Positions 28,238 to 38,602 of a stretch of 64,000 bases of DNA are shown in pieces. The DNA comes from Alphaproteobacteria bacterium (GTDB taxonomy: Bacteria; Pseudomonadota; Alphaproteobacteria; UBA828): contig CBDEFM010000002.1 of the NCBI GenBank assembly GCA_965237415.1, forward strand, positions 384,001 through 448,000. Reading direction: 5' to 3'. The translations under genes were made by a program, and so were the position numbers. The notes under the pieces are model-generated. The model did not search any database. It had not been told where the DNA came from and saw nothing but the letters and a program-made list of their open reading frames with translations. Positions within the stretch are counted from its first letter, which is position 1. Every line of letters starts with the position of its first letter.

Positions 28238-28927
28238 TCACACCCCCAGGTATCGGTCCGTGAGTGCCGGCGTGAGGTCCGCGCTCGCGCCGGACCAGCA
28301 GGTCGCCCCTTTCTCCAGAATGACGCAGCGCTCGGCGACGGCCGTGAGTTCCTTGAGCGACTTGTCGACGACGAGGATGGAGAGGCCGGCATCCTTGAGC
28401 CTGGCAATCACCGACCAGATTTCCCGCCGCACGAGGGGGCCGAGCCCCTCCGTCGCCTCGTCCAGGATGAGCAGCCGGGGATTGGTCATCAGCGCCCTGC
28501 CGATGGCGAGCATCTGCTGCTCGCCGCCTGACAGCGTGTTGGCCTTCTGATTGCGGCGCCCCGCGAGCTGCGGGAAGAGCGCCGCTACGCGGTCCGCGTT
28601 CCAGTGGCCGGCGCGGGCGGCGGCGATGAGGTTCTCGCGTACCGTCAGCGTCGGGAAGCAGCGCCGGCCTTCGGGCACCAGCCCGAGGCCGAGCCACGCC
28701 GCCTTGTGGGAGGGCAGTCGCGCGAGGTCGTGGCCGGCGAAGGCGATGCGGCCGTCGCGGTGGGGCATCATGCGGCAGATCGTCCTGATGGTGGTCGTCT
28801 TGCCCATGCCGTTCCGGCCCATCAGCGCTACCGCCTCGCCTTCGCCGACGGCGAGATCGACGCCGAAGAGCGCCTGCGACGCGCCGTAGAAGGCGGTGAC
28901 GCCGGCGACCTCAAGCAGCGCCGTCAT
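28238..28927 (-). CDS. Branched-chain amino acid-type ABC ATP-binding protein (LivF-like)
   Basis: GRNGMGKT, VPEGRR, LSGGEQQMLAIGRALM, ILDE. Confidence 0.92.
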   Translation of the reverse strand: MTALLEVAGVTAFYGASQALFGVDLAVGEGEAVALMGRNGMGKTTTIRTICRMMPHRDGRIAFAGHDLARLPSHKAAWLGLGLVPEGRRCFPTLTVRENLIAAARAGHWNADRVAALFPQLAGRRNQKANTLSGGEQQMLAIGRALMTNPRLLILDEATEGLGPLVRREIWSVIARLKDAGLSILVVDKSLKELTAVAERCVILEKGATCWSGASADLTPALTDRYLGV

Positions 28928-29687
28928 GCCCCCCTCCATGCGCTTCATCCCCGAGGTAGGCTCGCCGCACCTCCTCGTTGGCGCGAATGTCGTTCGGGGT
29001 GCCGCTCGCGATGATGCGACCGTAGACGATGACGGAAATGCGGTCCGCGAGCGCGAAGACCGCATCCATGTCGTGCTCGACGAGCAGGATCGGGGCTTCG
29101 GCGCGCAGCCCGTCTAGAATTTCAACCAGCTTCTCCGTGTTCTCCGGCCCCATGCCCGCCATGGGTTCGTCGAGCAGAAAGGCCTTGGGCCTGAGCGCAA
29201 GCGCTATGGCGATTTCGAGCGCCCGCCGCTCGCCGTGCGAAAGATTGGCTGCCGGAACATCGGCCCTGTCGTCCAGCACGAGGCGCTCGAGATAGGACAT
29301 CGCCGCCTCGACCAGCGAGGCGTCGCGCAGCGCCGGCTTGAAGAATCGGAAGGTCTTACGCTCGACCGATTGGACCGCCAGCATGACATTCTGCAGGGTG
29401 GAGAACTCGGGCGCGACGGACGACACCTGAAACGTTCGCGCCAGCCCCAGCTGCGCCCGTGCCACCACATCGAGGCGGCCGATGTCGCGGCCGGCGAAGC
29501 GGATCGATCCCTTGTCTTGCCGGACTTCGCCTGCGATCTGCTTGATGACCGTGGACTTGCCGGCGCCGTTGGGCCCGATCAGCGCATGGATCTCGCCGGG
29601 CACGAGGTCGAGCGTGACCTCGTCGCTCGCGACCACCGCGCCGAAGCGCTTGGAGAGGCCCTCAAGCTCCAGGATCGGCTCAGGCAT
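28911..29687 (-). CDS. Branched-chain amino acid-type ABC ATP-binding protein (LivG-like)
   Basis: GPNGAGKS, ARTFQ, LSHGE, LLDEP, VEHDM, AYLG. Confidence 0.93.
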   Translation of the reverse strand: MPEPILELEGLSKRFGAVVASDEVTLDLVPGEIHALIGPNGAGKSTVIKQIAGEVRQDKGSIRFAGRDIGRLDVVARAQLGLARTFQVSSVAPEFSTLQNVMLAVQSVERKTFRFFKPALRDASLVEAAMSYLERLVLDDRADVPAANLSHGERRALEIAIALALRPKAFLLDEPMAGMGPENTEKLVEILDGLRAEAPILLVEHDMDAVFALADRISVIVYGRIIASGTPNDIRANEEVRRAYLGDEAHGGGHDGAA

Positions 29688-30660
29688 GACGGGGCTCCCC
29701 CGCCAGAATGCCGATGACCCCGCCGCGCGCGAACAGCACCAGCCCGACCAGGAGCGCGCCCAGCAGCAGCAACCAGTGCTCGCTCACGTCGCCGAGCGTG
29801 TGCTCCAGCACGATGTAGAGCGCGGCCCCCGCGGCGGGGCCGAACAGCCGTCTCGTGCCGCCCAGGATCACGAACACCATGATCTCGCCCGAGGTGTGCC
29901 AGGAGAGCATCGAGGGGCTGACGAAGCGGTTGAGGTCGGCGTAGAGCGCGCCGGCGAGCCCTGCCATCATGCCCGAGATCACGAAGGCGGTGAGCTTCAC
30001 GCGGAAGGGGCTGATGCCGACGGTGGCGAGCCGCTGCGTGTTCTGCCGCGCGCCGCTGAGCGCGAGCCCGAAGCGCGAGTGCGAAAGCAGGAACGAGAAG
30101 GCGATCGCAAGGCCGAGCAGCACGTAGCAGATGGCGAAGAAGCTCAAGGGATCGAGCGTGTTGAGCCCCGGAAACTCGTTCCTGATGTAGATCGAGAGTC
30201 CGTCCTCGCCGCCGTAGGCCGGCCACGAGATGGCGAAGTAGTAGACCATCTGGGCGAAGGCCAACGTGATCATGATGAAGAAGACGCCTGTGGTGCGCAG
30301 GCTGAGCGCGCCGATCACCAGCGCCGCGAGCCCGCTGACGGCGATGGCGACCGGCCAGATGATCAGCATCTGCGTCGTGCCGTTTATCAGCAGCGGCGCG
30401 GTGAAGAGCGGCTCGTAGTTGAGCGCGTGGCTTGCGAGGATGCCGGCCGCGTAGCCGCCCAGGCCGAAGAACGCCGCGTGGCCGAGCGAGACCATCCCGC
30501 CGAAGCCGAGCGCGATGTTGAGCCCGGTTCCGGCGAGCCCCAGGATCGCCACCTTCGTCGCCAGCGTGATGACGAAGGGCTCGTCGAAGGCGTTGCCGAG
30601 CAGCGGCGCGGCAAGCAGCCCCGCCGCGATCAGAAGACTGATGGCCGCTTCGCGGGTCAT
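29680..30660 (-). CDS. Branched-chain amino acid-type ABC permease (LivM-like)
   Basis: G.VSLGHAAFFG.G.Y, MITLAFAQ, GGEDG, ILGG. Confidence 0.92.
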   Translation of the reverse strand: MTREAAISLLIAAGLLAAPLLGNAFDEPFVITLATKVAILGLAGTGLNIALGFGGMVSLGHAAFFGLGGYAAGILASHALNYEPLFTAPLLINGTTQMLIIWPVAIAVSGLAALVIGALSLRTTGVFFIMITLAFAQMVYYFAISWPAYGGEDGLSIYIRNEFPGLNTLDPLSFFAICYVLLGLAIAFSFLLSHSRFGLALSGARQNTQRLATVGISPFRVKLTAFVISGMMAGLAGALYADLNRFVSPSMLSWHTSGEIMVFVILGGTRRLFGPAAGAALYIVLEHTLGDVSEHWLLLLGALLVGLVLFARGGVIGILAGEPRHA

Positions 30661-31583
30661 CAGTGTGTCCTCGTGCCGAACAGGCCGGTCGGGCGCAGGA
30701 ACAGCACGAGCGCCATCAGGATATAGATGAGCATGGACGCGAGCGCCGAGCCGACGTTGTTGGCGCTCGACGAGTCCATGAACGTGTCGAAGAGGGCCGG
30801 CAGCAGGAAGCGCCCGAGCGTGTCGGCGAGTCCCACCAGAAGCGCGCCCACCAGCGCGCCGCCGATGGAGCCGAGCCCGCCGATGATGATGACGACGAAG
30901 GCGAGGATCAGCACCGGCTCGCCCATGCCCACCTGCACCGACTGGATCGTGCCCACCAGCGCTCCTGCGAAACCGGCCAGCGCCGCGCCGAGCGCGAACA
31001 CCGTGGTGTAGAGCTTCCTGATGTCGACGCCGAGGGCGGCGATCATCTCCCGGTCGGATTCGCCGGCCCGGATGCGGATGCCGAGGCGGGTCCGCGCGAT
31101 CAGGAGAAAGAGCCCGGCGGCGATCAGCAGCCCGATCAGGATGATCGCAAAGCGGAAGAGGGGGTAGTCGATGCCGCCGGGGAGCGCGACCGGGCCTGAG
31201 AAAACTTCGGGCACGGTGAGATAGAGCGGGAAGGAGCCGAACACCCAGCGGGTGCCCTCCGAGAACACCAGGATCAGCGCGAATGTCGCGAGCACCTGAT
31301 CGAGATGATCGCGGCGGTAGAGGCGGCGGATGACGGCGATCTCCACGATGGCGCCCGCTGCGGCGGCGGCGGCGAGGCTCGCCACGAGCCCCACCCAGTA
31401 GGAGCCGGTCGCGGCGGCGACGACGGCGCAGACGAAGGCGCCGATCATGTAGAACGAGCCGTGGGCGAGGTTGATAAGGCCCATGACGCCGAAGATCAGC
31501 GTCAACCCGGCCGCCATCAGAAAAAGCATGACGCCGAACTGCAGGCCGTTCAGCAGCTGCTCGACGATGAGCGAGACCGTCAA
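30660..31583 (-). CDS. Branched-chain amino acid-type ABC permease (LivH-like)
   Basis: GLTLIFG...INLAHG, TRLG..IRA, IIGGLGS, RPTGLFG; TTG start. Confidence 0.92.
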   Translation of the reverse strand: MTVSLIVEQLLNGLQFGVMLFLMAAGLTLIFGVMGLINLAHGSFYMIGAFVCAVVAAATGSYWVGLVASLAAAAAAGAIVEIAVIRRLYRRDHLDQVLATFALILVFSEGTRWVFGSFPLYLTVPEVFSGPVALPGGIDYPLFRFAIILIGLLIAAGLFLLIARTRLGIRIRAGESDREMIAALGVDIRKLYTTVFALGAALAGFAGALVGTIQSVQVGMGEPVLILAFVVIIIGGLGSIGGALVGALLVGLADTLGRFLLPALFDTFMDSSSANNVGSALASMLIYILMALVLFLRPTGLFGTRTH

Positions 31584-31623
31584 ATCGGCGACCCGGTCAC
31601 ACTAAGGGCCCGGTAGGAAAGGA

Positions 31624-31644
31624 CGGGCCGCGCCAAACGGCCCG
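31624..31644 (-). other. Small stem-loop between SBP and permease genes
   Basis: CGGGCCG / CGGCCCG 7-bp inverted repeat with 7-nt loop. Confidence 0.35.
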
Positions 31645-31663
31645 CTTCTCGTGTCGATGCAGG

Positions 31664-32803
31664 CTACATCTGGCAGTCGTCGATGTAGGCGTTGGCGTGG
31701 TCGGTCATGGCCACGCCGACGATCTTGTTGGTGAAGATATCGCCTTCCTTGATCACCTCGCGGACGTAGATGTCCTGCACCGGGTGATGGTTAGGCGCGA
31801 ACTTGAAGGCGCCGCGGGTGGACTTGAAGTCAGCCGCCTCCAGCGCCGCGCGGAAGGCATCGGCATCCGACACGCTCGCCTTGCCCATGGCCGAAATCAG
31901 CAGGTTCGCCGTGTCGAAGCCCTGGCTCGCATAGAGTGAGGGCAGGCGGCCGTATTCGGCCTGGAAGCTCTCGACGAAGGCCTTGTTGGTCGGATTGTCG
32001 ATGTCCTTGGACCACTGCGAGGTGTTCTTTACACCCAGCGCCGCCTCGCCGACCGCTTGCAGAATCCCCTGATCGAAGGAGAAGGCCGGCCCGATGAGCG
32101 GAATGTCGAGGCCGGATTGGGCATACTGCTTGAGGAAGGCGATGCCCATGCCGCCGGGCAGGAAGAAGTACACGCTGTCGGCACCCGAGGCCCGAATCTG
32201 CGCGATCTCAGCCGCGTATTCGTTTGCGCCCAGCTTGGTGTAGACCTCGTCGGTGATGTCGCCCTGATAAAAGCGCTTGTAGCCGGTGAGCATGTCTCGG
32301 CCGGCGGGATAGTTGGGCGCGAGGATGAAGCTGTTGGTGTAGCCGGCGTCATTCGCGTAGCCGCCGGCGGCCTCAGCAAGATTGTCGTTCTGCCAGGCGA
32401 CGTTGAAGTAGTTCTTGTGACAGCGTTTGCCGGCGAGAAGCGATGGCCCCGCGTTGGGCGAGAGGTAGAACTTGCCCTGCTGCACCGCCGCGGGCACGAC
32501 CGCGATGGCGAGGTTCGACCAGATGATGCCGGTCAGCACGTCGACCTTGTCGCTCTGAATCAGCTTGTCGGCAAGCTGCACAGCGATGTCCGGCTTGCGC
32601 TGGTCGTCGTCCACAACCACCTCGATATCGGCGCCCGCCTGCTTGATGGCGAGCATGAAGCCGTCGCGCACGTCGATGCCGAGGGCGGCGCCGCCGCCGG
32701 AAAGGGTGGTGATCATGCCGACCTTGAGCGTTTCGGCATGGGCGGCCGTTGCCAGCGCCATCGCCGCGACCGCGGCAGTCAAAAGGCTGAGTGACTTTCT
32801 CAT
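31664..32803 (-). CDS. ABC transporter substrate-binding protein (Liv-type fold, resembles benzoate/aromatic acid-binding subfamily)
   Basis: Signal peptide; AGGAGG RBS; KVG.ITTLSG, NAGPS, WQND, APNYPAG, YASQGFD. Confidence 0.88.
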   Translation of the reverse strand: MRKSLSLLTAAVAAMALATAAHAETLKVGMITTLSGGGAALGIDVRDGFMLAIKQAGADIEVVVDDDQRKPDIAVQLADKLIQSDKVDVLTGIIWSNLAIAVVPAAVQQGKFYLSPNAGPSLLAGKRCHKNYFNVAWQNDNLAEAAGGYANDAGYTNSFILAPNYPAGRDMLTGYKRFYQGDITDEVYTKLGANEYAAEIAQIRASGADSVYFFLPGGMGIAFLKQYAQSGLDIPLIGPAFSFDQGILQAVGEAALGVKNTSQWSKDIDNPTNKAFVESFQAEYGRLPSLYASQGFDTANLLISAMGKASVSDADAFRAALEAADFKSTRGAFKFAPNHHPVQDIYVREVIKEGDIFTNKIVGVAMTDHANAYIDDCQM

Positions 32804-32854
32804 GGGTCTTGGCCTCCTATGGTGTCTCTTCGTCCTGTGGGTCAAAGGAAGCAA

Positions 32855-34303
32855 TCACGCACCCGCGTTGACCGGCGGGATGCGGTCCGCCCAGGGCTGC
32901 GCCTGCTCCAGCTGCCCGGCGAGGCGGAACAGCAGCGCCTCGTCGAGGTCGCGCCCGACCAGCTGCGAGCCCACCGGCACGCCGTCCGACGTCCAGTGCA
33001 GCGGCAGCGAGATGCCGGGAAGCCCCGTCGCGTTGAAGGGCTGGGTGAAGGCGCAATCCGGCCCCATGATGTTCGCGTTGTAGTCGTCGCAATCGCGCGA
33101 CATGTCGTAGTAGCCGATCTTGCGCGCCACCATCGGCACCACCGGCATCAGCCACGCATCGTAGGCGGCCATGCGGCCCACGATGTCGCGGCACGTGGCG
33201 CGGAGTTGCGCGATGTCGTTGTGATGATCGACGGCCGATATGCCGCGGCCGCGCTGGATCGTCGTCCAATAGAGGTTCTCGGTCTCGTCCTGCCTGAGGG
33301 CGTGACCGACGAGCCCGGCAGAGCCGTCGAACCAGGCCGCTGTGACCACGGCGCCGATCCGCATATAGGTGTCGTAGAGCGGCCAGAAGTCGTAGGGCGC
33401 GACCTCGGGTGTGATGCGGTGGCCGAGGCTCTCCAGCAGCTTGCCGGTGTTCTCGATCCCCTCTCGCACCTCCGCATCCACCGGGGTGCAGCCATCGGGA
33501 GACGCCGTGACCATGGCGATCGAGAGGCTGCCCGGATCCTTGCCGATCTCATCGAGGTAGGGGGTGTCCGGCATGACGGCGTAGTAGGGATCGCCGGGCA
33601 TGGGGCCGCCGACGGCATCGAAGAAGGCGGCCGTGTCGCGGACTGAGCGCGAGACGCAGAGGAAGGTCACGCCGCCGTACCAGAAGTCGGCACCCGGCGC
33701 CATCGTGATGCGCCCGCGCGCGGGCTTGAGGCCGACGAGGCCGGAATGGCACGCCGGCGTGCGGATGGAGCCGCCGCCGTCGCTCGCTTCGCCCAGCGGC
33801 AGCACGCGGGCCGCGACCGCCGCCGCAGAGCCGCCGGATGAGCCGCCGGGAGTCCGCGTCGTATCCCAGGGATTGACGGTCGGGCCATACATCTTGGGCT
33901 CGGTGGAGAGCGCCCAGCCGGCCTCCGGCGAGTTCGACTTGCCGAGCAGCACGAAGCCCGCCTTCTTGACGCGCTTCACCTGCTCGTTGTCGCTCGTCGA
34001 GACGACGTCCTTGAAGTAGGGGCAGGCGTTGGTGTTCTGCAGCCCCTCCCAATCGGTCGCGATCTCCTTCACCAGCCAGGGCACGCCGCGGAAGGGGCCG
34101 TCGGGCAGCGCAGGGTCGGCCGCCATCTTGCGGCCTTCCTCGTAGGCCTTGTAGGTGAGGAAGTTGAGCGTCCCGTTGACCGCCTCGGCGCGGCGGATCG
34201 CCTCCTCCAGCACCTCGCTCGGCGAGACTTCCCCCTTCTTGACGAGGGCGGCCAGCCCCATTCCGTCAAGTTTGCCGTAAACCTCGGAAATCCCGCCCGT
34301 CAT
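32855..34303 (-). CDS. Amidase (amidase signature family)
   Basis: GPFRGVPWLVK, PGGSSGGS, SDGGGSIR catalytic Lys-Ser-Ser triad motifs; FNATGLPGISLP. Confidence 0.93.
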   Translation of the reverse strand: MTGGISEVYGKLDGMGLAALVKKGEVSPSEVLEEAIRRAEAVNGTLNFLTYKAYEEGRKMAADPALPDGPFRGVPWLVKEIATDWEGLQNTNACPYFKDVVSTSDNEQVKRVKKAGFVLLGKSNSPEAGWALSTEPKMYGPTVNPWDTTRTPGGSSGGSAAAVAARVLPLGEASDGGGSIRTPACHSGLVGLKPARGRITMAPGADFWYGGVTFLCVSRSVRDTAAFFDAVGGPMPGDPYYAVMPDTPYLDEIGKDPGSLSIAMVTASPDGCTPVDAEVREGIENTGKLLESLGHRITPEVAPYDFWPLYDTYMRIGAVVTAAWFDGSAGLVGHALRQDETENLYWTTIQRGRGISAVDHHNDIAQLRATCRDIVGRMAAYDAWLMPVVPMVARKIGYYDMSRDCDDYNANIMGPDCAFTQPFNATGLPGISLPLHWTSDGVPVGSQLVGRDLDEALLFRLAGQLEQAQPWADRIPPVNAGA

Positions 34304-34440
34304 GCGTCCTCTCCCTGCGTCATGTGATGGCGTGAAGGTTTCGACCCGTTATCGCACGCCGGGCCCAGGCGGGATAGCCTCCGCCCGCCTCCGGCGGGAC
34401 ACCCTCGGCCTGCCAAGGGGAGCCGCAACGCGCCGCGGGT

Positions 34441-37400
34441 TTAGGCTGGCGCCGGTTGGCGCGCCGCGCCGGAGCGCGCCGCCCTCAGCCGGCGGGTCGC
34501 GTCCTCATCGAGGCGCATTGGCTCCGGCTCGATCACGACGCCGTAGTCGTCGCGGGCACGCTCGATCGTGGTGAAGCCGTCGAACACGTCGGAGAGAACG
34601 AGCACCGGATCGCGCTCCAGCGGGTCGCCGTAGCCACCCGAATTGGGAACCGTGATCTCGATGCTGTCGCCGGCGGCGAGCCGGAAGCCCGTGAACTTCG
34701 ACGGCCACGCCTCTTCGTCCGCGCCGCCGCGGTTGCGGACCACGGAGGCATTCAGCCCCGCCATGCCGCCGAAGATCCCCCAGGGCTCGTCGGATTCGTG
34801 CCGCTCCCCCTCGCAGCTGACGATGGTATCCTCCAGCATCTTGTTGACCCGCACCATGCCGATGCCGCCCCGCCACTTGCCGGCGGCACAGGAATCGTCG
34901 CGCAGCTCATAACGCTCGGTGCGGATCGGGAAGCGCCACTCCAGCTCCTCGATCGGATTGTTGCGTGTATTCGCGATGAGGCAATCCACGGCATCGAGGC
35001 CGTCCCGGTCCGGGCGCCCGCCGTAGGAGCCCTCGTCGACCTCGAGATAGAGCCAGTACTCACCCTGCTCGGTGTCGAAGCCTGAGTAGGAGATGAAGTG
35101 CAGATGCGCCGAGTTGCCGGCGGTCACCCGCTCCGGCACCACCGGAGCAAGCGCGCGCAACACCAGGTCGACGGCGCGTTGCACCTGGCAGAAGCGGGCG
35201 AAGCAAGAGCGCGGGAAGTTGGGATTGAAGATCGAGCCCTTGGGCGCGATGACATTGATCGGCCGCGTCATACCCTCGTTCTGCGGCACGTAGACCGGGT
35301 GGGTCACGGTATCGAGGAAGATCATTCGCGTGATGAACGACATGGCGGAGCAGGTCGTCCCTTCGAAGGGCACGTTGTAGCCGGTCGGCACCTCGTCGCT
35401 GGAGCCGGTGAGGTCGTAGGTGATCTCGTCGCCCTCGATGATCACCTTGACCTTGACCGGCAGTTTGCGGCCTCGGTTGACCCCGTCGTCGTCGAGATAG
35501 CCGAGCCCCGTCTCGTATTCGCCGTCGGGGATCTTGGCGATTTCCCGCCGGAGCATCTGCTCGGAATAGGTCATCCAGTGCTGGCCGGTCTCCTCGACGA
35601 CGCCCAGCCCATAGCGCTCGATCAGGTCGAGGTAGCGCCGCTTGGCGAGCTCGCAGGCCGCGATCATCGCCTGGATGTCGCCCTCGTTGGGCGTCGGCGT
35701 GCGCATGTTCTCCAGGATGTGGCGCCAGAGCCCGTCTTGCCGCACGCCTTTCACCGCGAGCTTCACGGCACGGTAGATGTTGCCTTCGGCGTAGATATCG
35801 ACCGCGTCGATGTTGATCCCCGGATAGGCGCCGCCGATATCGAGCAGGTGGGCGGACGCGCCCGCGAACCCCACAATTTCGTCCCGGTGGTAGATCGGCA
35901 TGACGATCGCGCAGTCGGGCGAGTGGGTGGCGCCATAATAAGGGTCGTTGTGGAAGATGATGTCGCCTTCGTCGATGTCCCCGTCGAGCAGCTTGATGAC
36001 GTTCTGCACGATGCGCGGCATCGCGCCCATGAACATCGGCGTCGATTCCGATTCCGCCAGCATGAGGCCGTCGCGATCGAAGATGCCAGCGCCGAGGTCC
36101 TCGGATTCGCGGATGATCGACGAATAGGACATGCGGTAGAGCACGCCCGCCATCTCCTGAGCGATGGCGGTAAACGCGCCGCCGATGACGCGCTGCATGA
36201 TCGGCGTCGCGAGGTCGTGCCCGTGCTGCGCCACTGCGTCCGCGCAGTCGATCACGATATTGCCGCGGCGGTCGATGGCCGCCTCGCAGCGGGGCGGGAT
36301 CACCACGGTCGTATCGTACTGCTCGACGACGGCGGGGCCCGCGATCCGGTCGCCCGCGCGGAGCGCAGTGCGGTCGTAGAACGGAGTCTCGTGAGTCTCG
36401 CCCTTGCCCTCGACCTCGAAGACGACCGGCTGGCGCAGCAACGGCGTCGCCTCGCCGCCGCCGCCTTCGATCTCCGGCCAGTCGAGGTCCGGGATGCGGC
36501 CGATGCCCACCGCCCGGATGTTGATGATCTCGATCGGTGCATCGAAGCGGTGGCCGTATTCGGCTTCGTGCGCGCGGTGGAAGCGGTCGGCCAGTTCTTC
36601 GATCCAGGTGTCGTCGATCTCTCCCGCCGGCGCGTCGAAGCGGACCTCGTAGCCCTGGCCGGCGTAGCGGCAGTCGGCAAGGCGGCGGATCAGGCGGTCG
36701 CCCTCGGGCACGCCGTCGGCCTCCAGCCGTGCGAGCGCCTGCGACGTCAGCTGTTCGAAGCGCGCCGCGAGATGGGCACGTTCGAGGGTCGCGAGCGGCT
36801 GGCGCTCGGTAGTCACGAACTCGTGCTGCATGTCGGTCGCCAGCAGCCCGGTGGCCGAGAGAATGCCGGGATGCGGCGGCACCAGGACCCGCGGGATTTC
36901 CAACTCCACCGCGATGTCGCAGGCGAAGAGCGGGCCGGCGCCGCCGGCGGCGACGAGCGTGAAGTCGCGCGGGTCGTAGCCGCGCCGCACGCTGTTGAGC
37001 TCGATGGCCTGCACCATGCTGAACTTCTGGATCTGCAGCGCGCCGAGCGCGGTCTCCTCAAGCGACATGTCGAGCGTGCCGGCGAGGCTCTGGACGGCCC
37101 CTAGGGCGAGGTCCGCGTGCAGCGTCATCTGCCCGCCGACGAGGCCGCGTTCGGTGCGGAGCCGGCCGAGCACCACCTGAGCGTCGGTCGAGGTGGGCTC
37201 GCTGCCGCCGCGCCCGTAACAGGCGGGGCCCGGTTCGGCGCCGGCCGATTGCGGTCCGACGCGGTAAATGCCGCCGTCGTCGACATAGGCGATGGAGCCG
37301 CCGCCCGCGCCGATGGTGTCGATATCCACCATCGGGATCATGGCCTGATAGTCGCCGATCTTGGTGTCGAGCAGATGGCGCATCCTGAGCGCACCGCCGG

Positions 37401-38304
37401 CGGCCACGCCAATATCGGCGGACGTACCGCCGATATCCAGTGTGAACACATTGTCGTAGCCGGCCATCTTGCCGGCCCAGATGCCGCCGATCAGCCCCGC
37501 GACCGGCCCCGACATCATGAGGTTGACCGGGCCGCCGGTCGCGCTATCCGCGGTCGTCATGCCGCCCGAGGACTGCATGAGACGAACGCCGCGCGGAAGA
37601 CCGGCATCGCGTAAGCCCGACTGCAGCCGGCCGACATAGCTCGCGACCCGTGGGCCCACATAGGCGTTGAGACAGGTTGTCGAGAAGCGCTCGAATTCCC
37701 GGTAGAGGGGCAGCACCTCGCTGGAGACCGAGCGGTACGCGTCGGGACATTCCTCCTGAAGGATCTGCTTGATGCGCTGCTCATGAGCCGGGTTGAGGTA
37801 GGCATGCAGCAGGCAGACGGCGATGGCGTCGACTCCCGCTTCCCGCAGCGCCCGTGCGCGCTCCCGCACCTCCGCCTCGTCCAGGGGCACGATGATCTCG
37901 CCCTTGGGCGCGGTGACCCGTTCGCGCACCGTCAGCCGGTGGCGCCGCCTTACCAACGGGCGCGACTGCCACGGCAGCTCCTGCTGGAGCGAGAAGTTGT
38001 GCGGCTTCTTGTGGCGCGCGATGTGCAGGATGTCGCGAAAGCCCTCGGTCGTGATCAGGCCGACCTCGGCGCCCTTGTGTTCGAGCGCGATGTTGGTCGC
38101 CACGGTGGTGCCGTGCAGCAGCAGGTCGACTGCCTCCAAGCTCACGCCGGCCTTGCCGCAGAGGGCGTCGACGCCCGTCATCACCGCCCGTGCCGGGTCG
38201 TCCGGCGTGGACGGCACCTTGTCGATCGTGATCGCGCCGGCCGCCTCGTCGACCAGAATCAAGTCCGTGAACGTGCCGCCGACATCTACGCCGATGCGCC
38301 GCAT
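34441..38304 (-). CDS. Fused hydantoinase A+B / oxoprolinase family protein
   Basis: N-half DVGGTFTD, HGTTVATN, DIGGTS, GAGGGSIA; C-half EM...L.R.SYS.IIRES.D, NDPY.G.TH.PD, HLLDIGG, GGYGDP.ER; single ORF; AGGAGGAG RBS. Confidence 0.93.
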   Translation of the reverse strand: MRRIGVDVGGTFTDLILVDEAAGAITIDKVPSTPDDPARAVMTGVDALCGKAGVSLEAVDLLLHGTTVATNIALEHKGAEVGLITTEGFRDILHIARHKKPHNFSLQQELPWQSRPLVRRRHRLTVRERVTAPKGEIIVPLDEAEVRERARALREAGVDAIAVCLLHAYLNPAHEQRIKQILQEECPDAYRSVSSEVLPLYREFERFSTTCLNAYVGPRVASYVGRLQSGLRDAGLPRGVRLMQSSGGMTTADSATGGPVNLMMSGPVAGLIGGIWAGKMAGYDNVFTLDIGGTSADIGVAAGGALRMRHLLDTKIGDYQAMIPMVDIDTIGAGGGSIAYVDDGGIYRVGPQSAGAEPGPACYGRGGSEPTSTDAQVVLGRLRTERGLVGGQMTLHADLALGAVQSLAGTLDMSLEETALGALQIQKFSMVQAIELNSVRRGYDPRDFTLVAAGGAGPLFACDIAVELEIPRVLVPPHPGILSATGLLATDMQHEFVTTERQPLATLERAHLAARFEQLTSQALARLEADGVPEGDRLIRRLADCRYAGQGYEVRFDAPAGEIDDTWIEELADRFHRAHEAEYGHRFDAPIEIINIRAVGIGRIPDLDWPEIEGGGGEATPLLRQPVVFEVEGKGETHETPFYDRTALRAGDRIAGPAVVEQYDTTVVIPPRCEAAIDRRGNIVIDCADAVAQHGHDLATPIMQRVIGGAFTAIAQEMAGVLYRMSYSSIIRESEDLGAGIFDRDGLMLAESESTPMFMGAMPRIVQNVIKLLDGDIDEGDIIFHNDPYYGATHSPDCAIVMPIYHRDEIVGFAGASAHLLDIGGAYPGINIDAVDIYAEGNIYRAVKLAVKGVRQDGLWRHILENMRTPTPNEGDIQAMIAACELAKRRYLDLIERYGLGVVEETGQHWMTYSEQMLRREIAKIPDGEYETGLGYLDDDGVNRGRKLPVKVKVIIEGDEITYDLTGSSDEVPTGYNVPFEGTTCSAMSFITRMIFLDTVTHPVYVPQNEGMTRPINVIAPKGSIFNPNFPRSCFARFCQVQRAVDLVLRALAPVVPERVTAGNSAHLHFISYSGFDTEQGEYWLYLEVDEGSYGGRPDRDGLDAVDCLIANTRNNPIEELEWRFPIRTERYELRDDSCAAGKWRGGIGMVRVNKMLEDTIVSCEGERHESDEPWGIFGGMAGLNASVVRNRGGADEEAWPSKFTGFRLAAGDSIEITVPNSGGYGDPLERDPVLVLSDVFDGFTTIERARDDYGVVIEPEPMRLDEDATRRLRAARSGAARQPAPA

Positions 38305-38602
38305 GGCTCTCCTCCTGCGTCCGCCCACGCGCCGCATGACCGTGGCGAGACGCTCACTCTGCGCCGACGCGCCTGCGAGGGGCCGGTCTCGGCTCCCTCA
38401 GGCGCCGGCATCGCCCCATCTTCGCCGACACCCGGCCGCGCGACAATTGCTATGCGAGCCCATCGACGCAGGGAAGAGCAGGGCGATGTATGCGCCTCCG
38501 GCATGAATCGGTGTCTTGTAACGGGCCGCTGCGGTCGCTACCTGACTGTTGTGGGTCGCCTTCAAGCCAGCGGGGCCCCAACAATTGGCGAGCATCGTCA
38601 CG

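Noticed and set aside
38338-38350. GACCGTGGCGAGA identical to 53101-53113
   Set aside because: 13-bp match without the TCCGGGCTA terminus; cannot be told from chance in GC-rich DNA.
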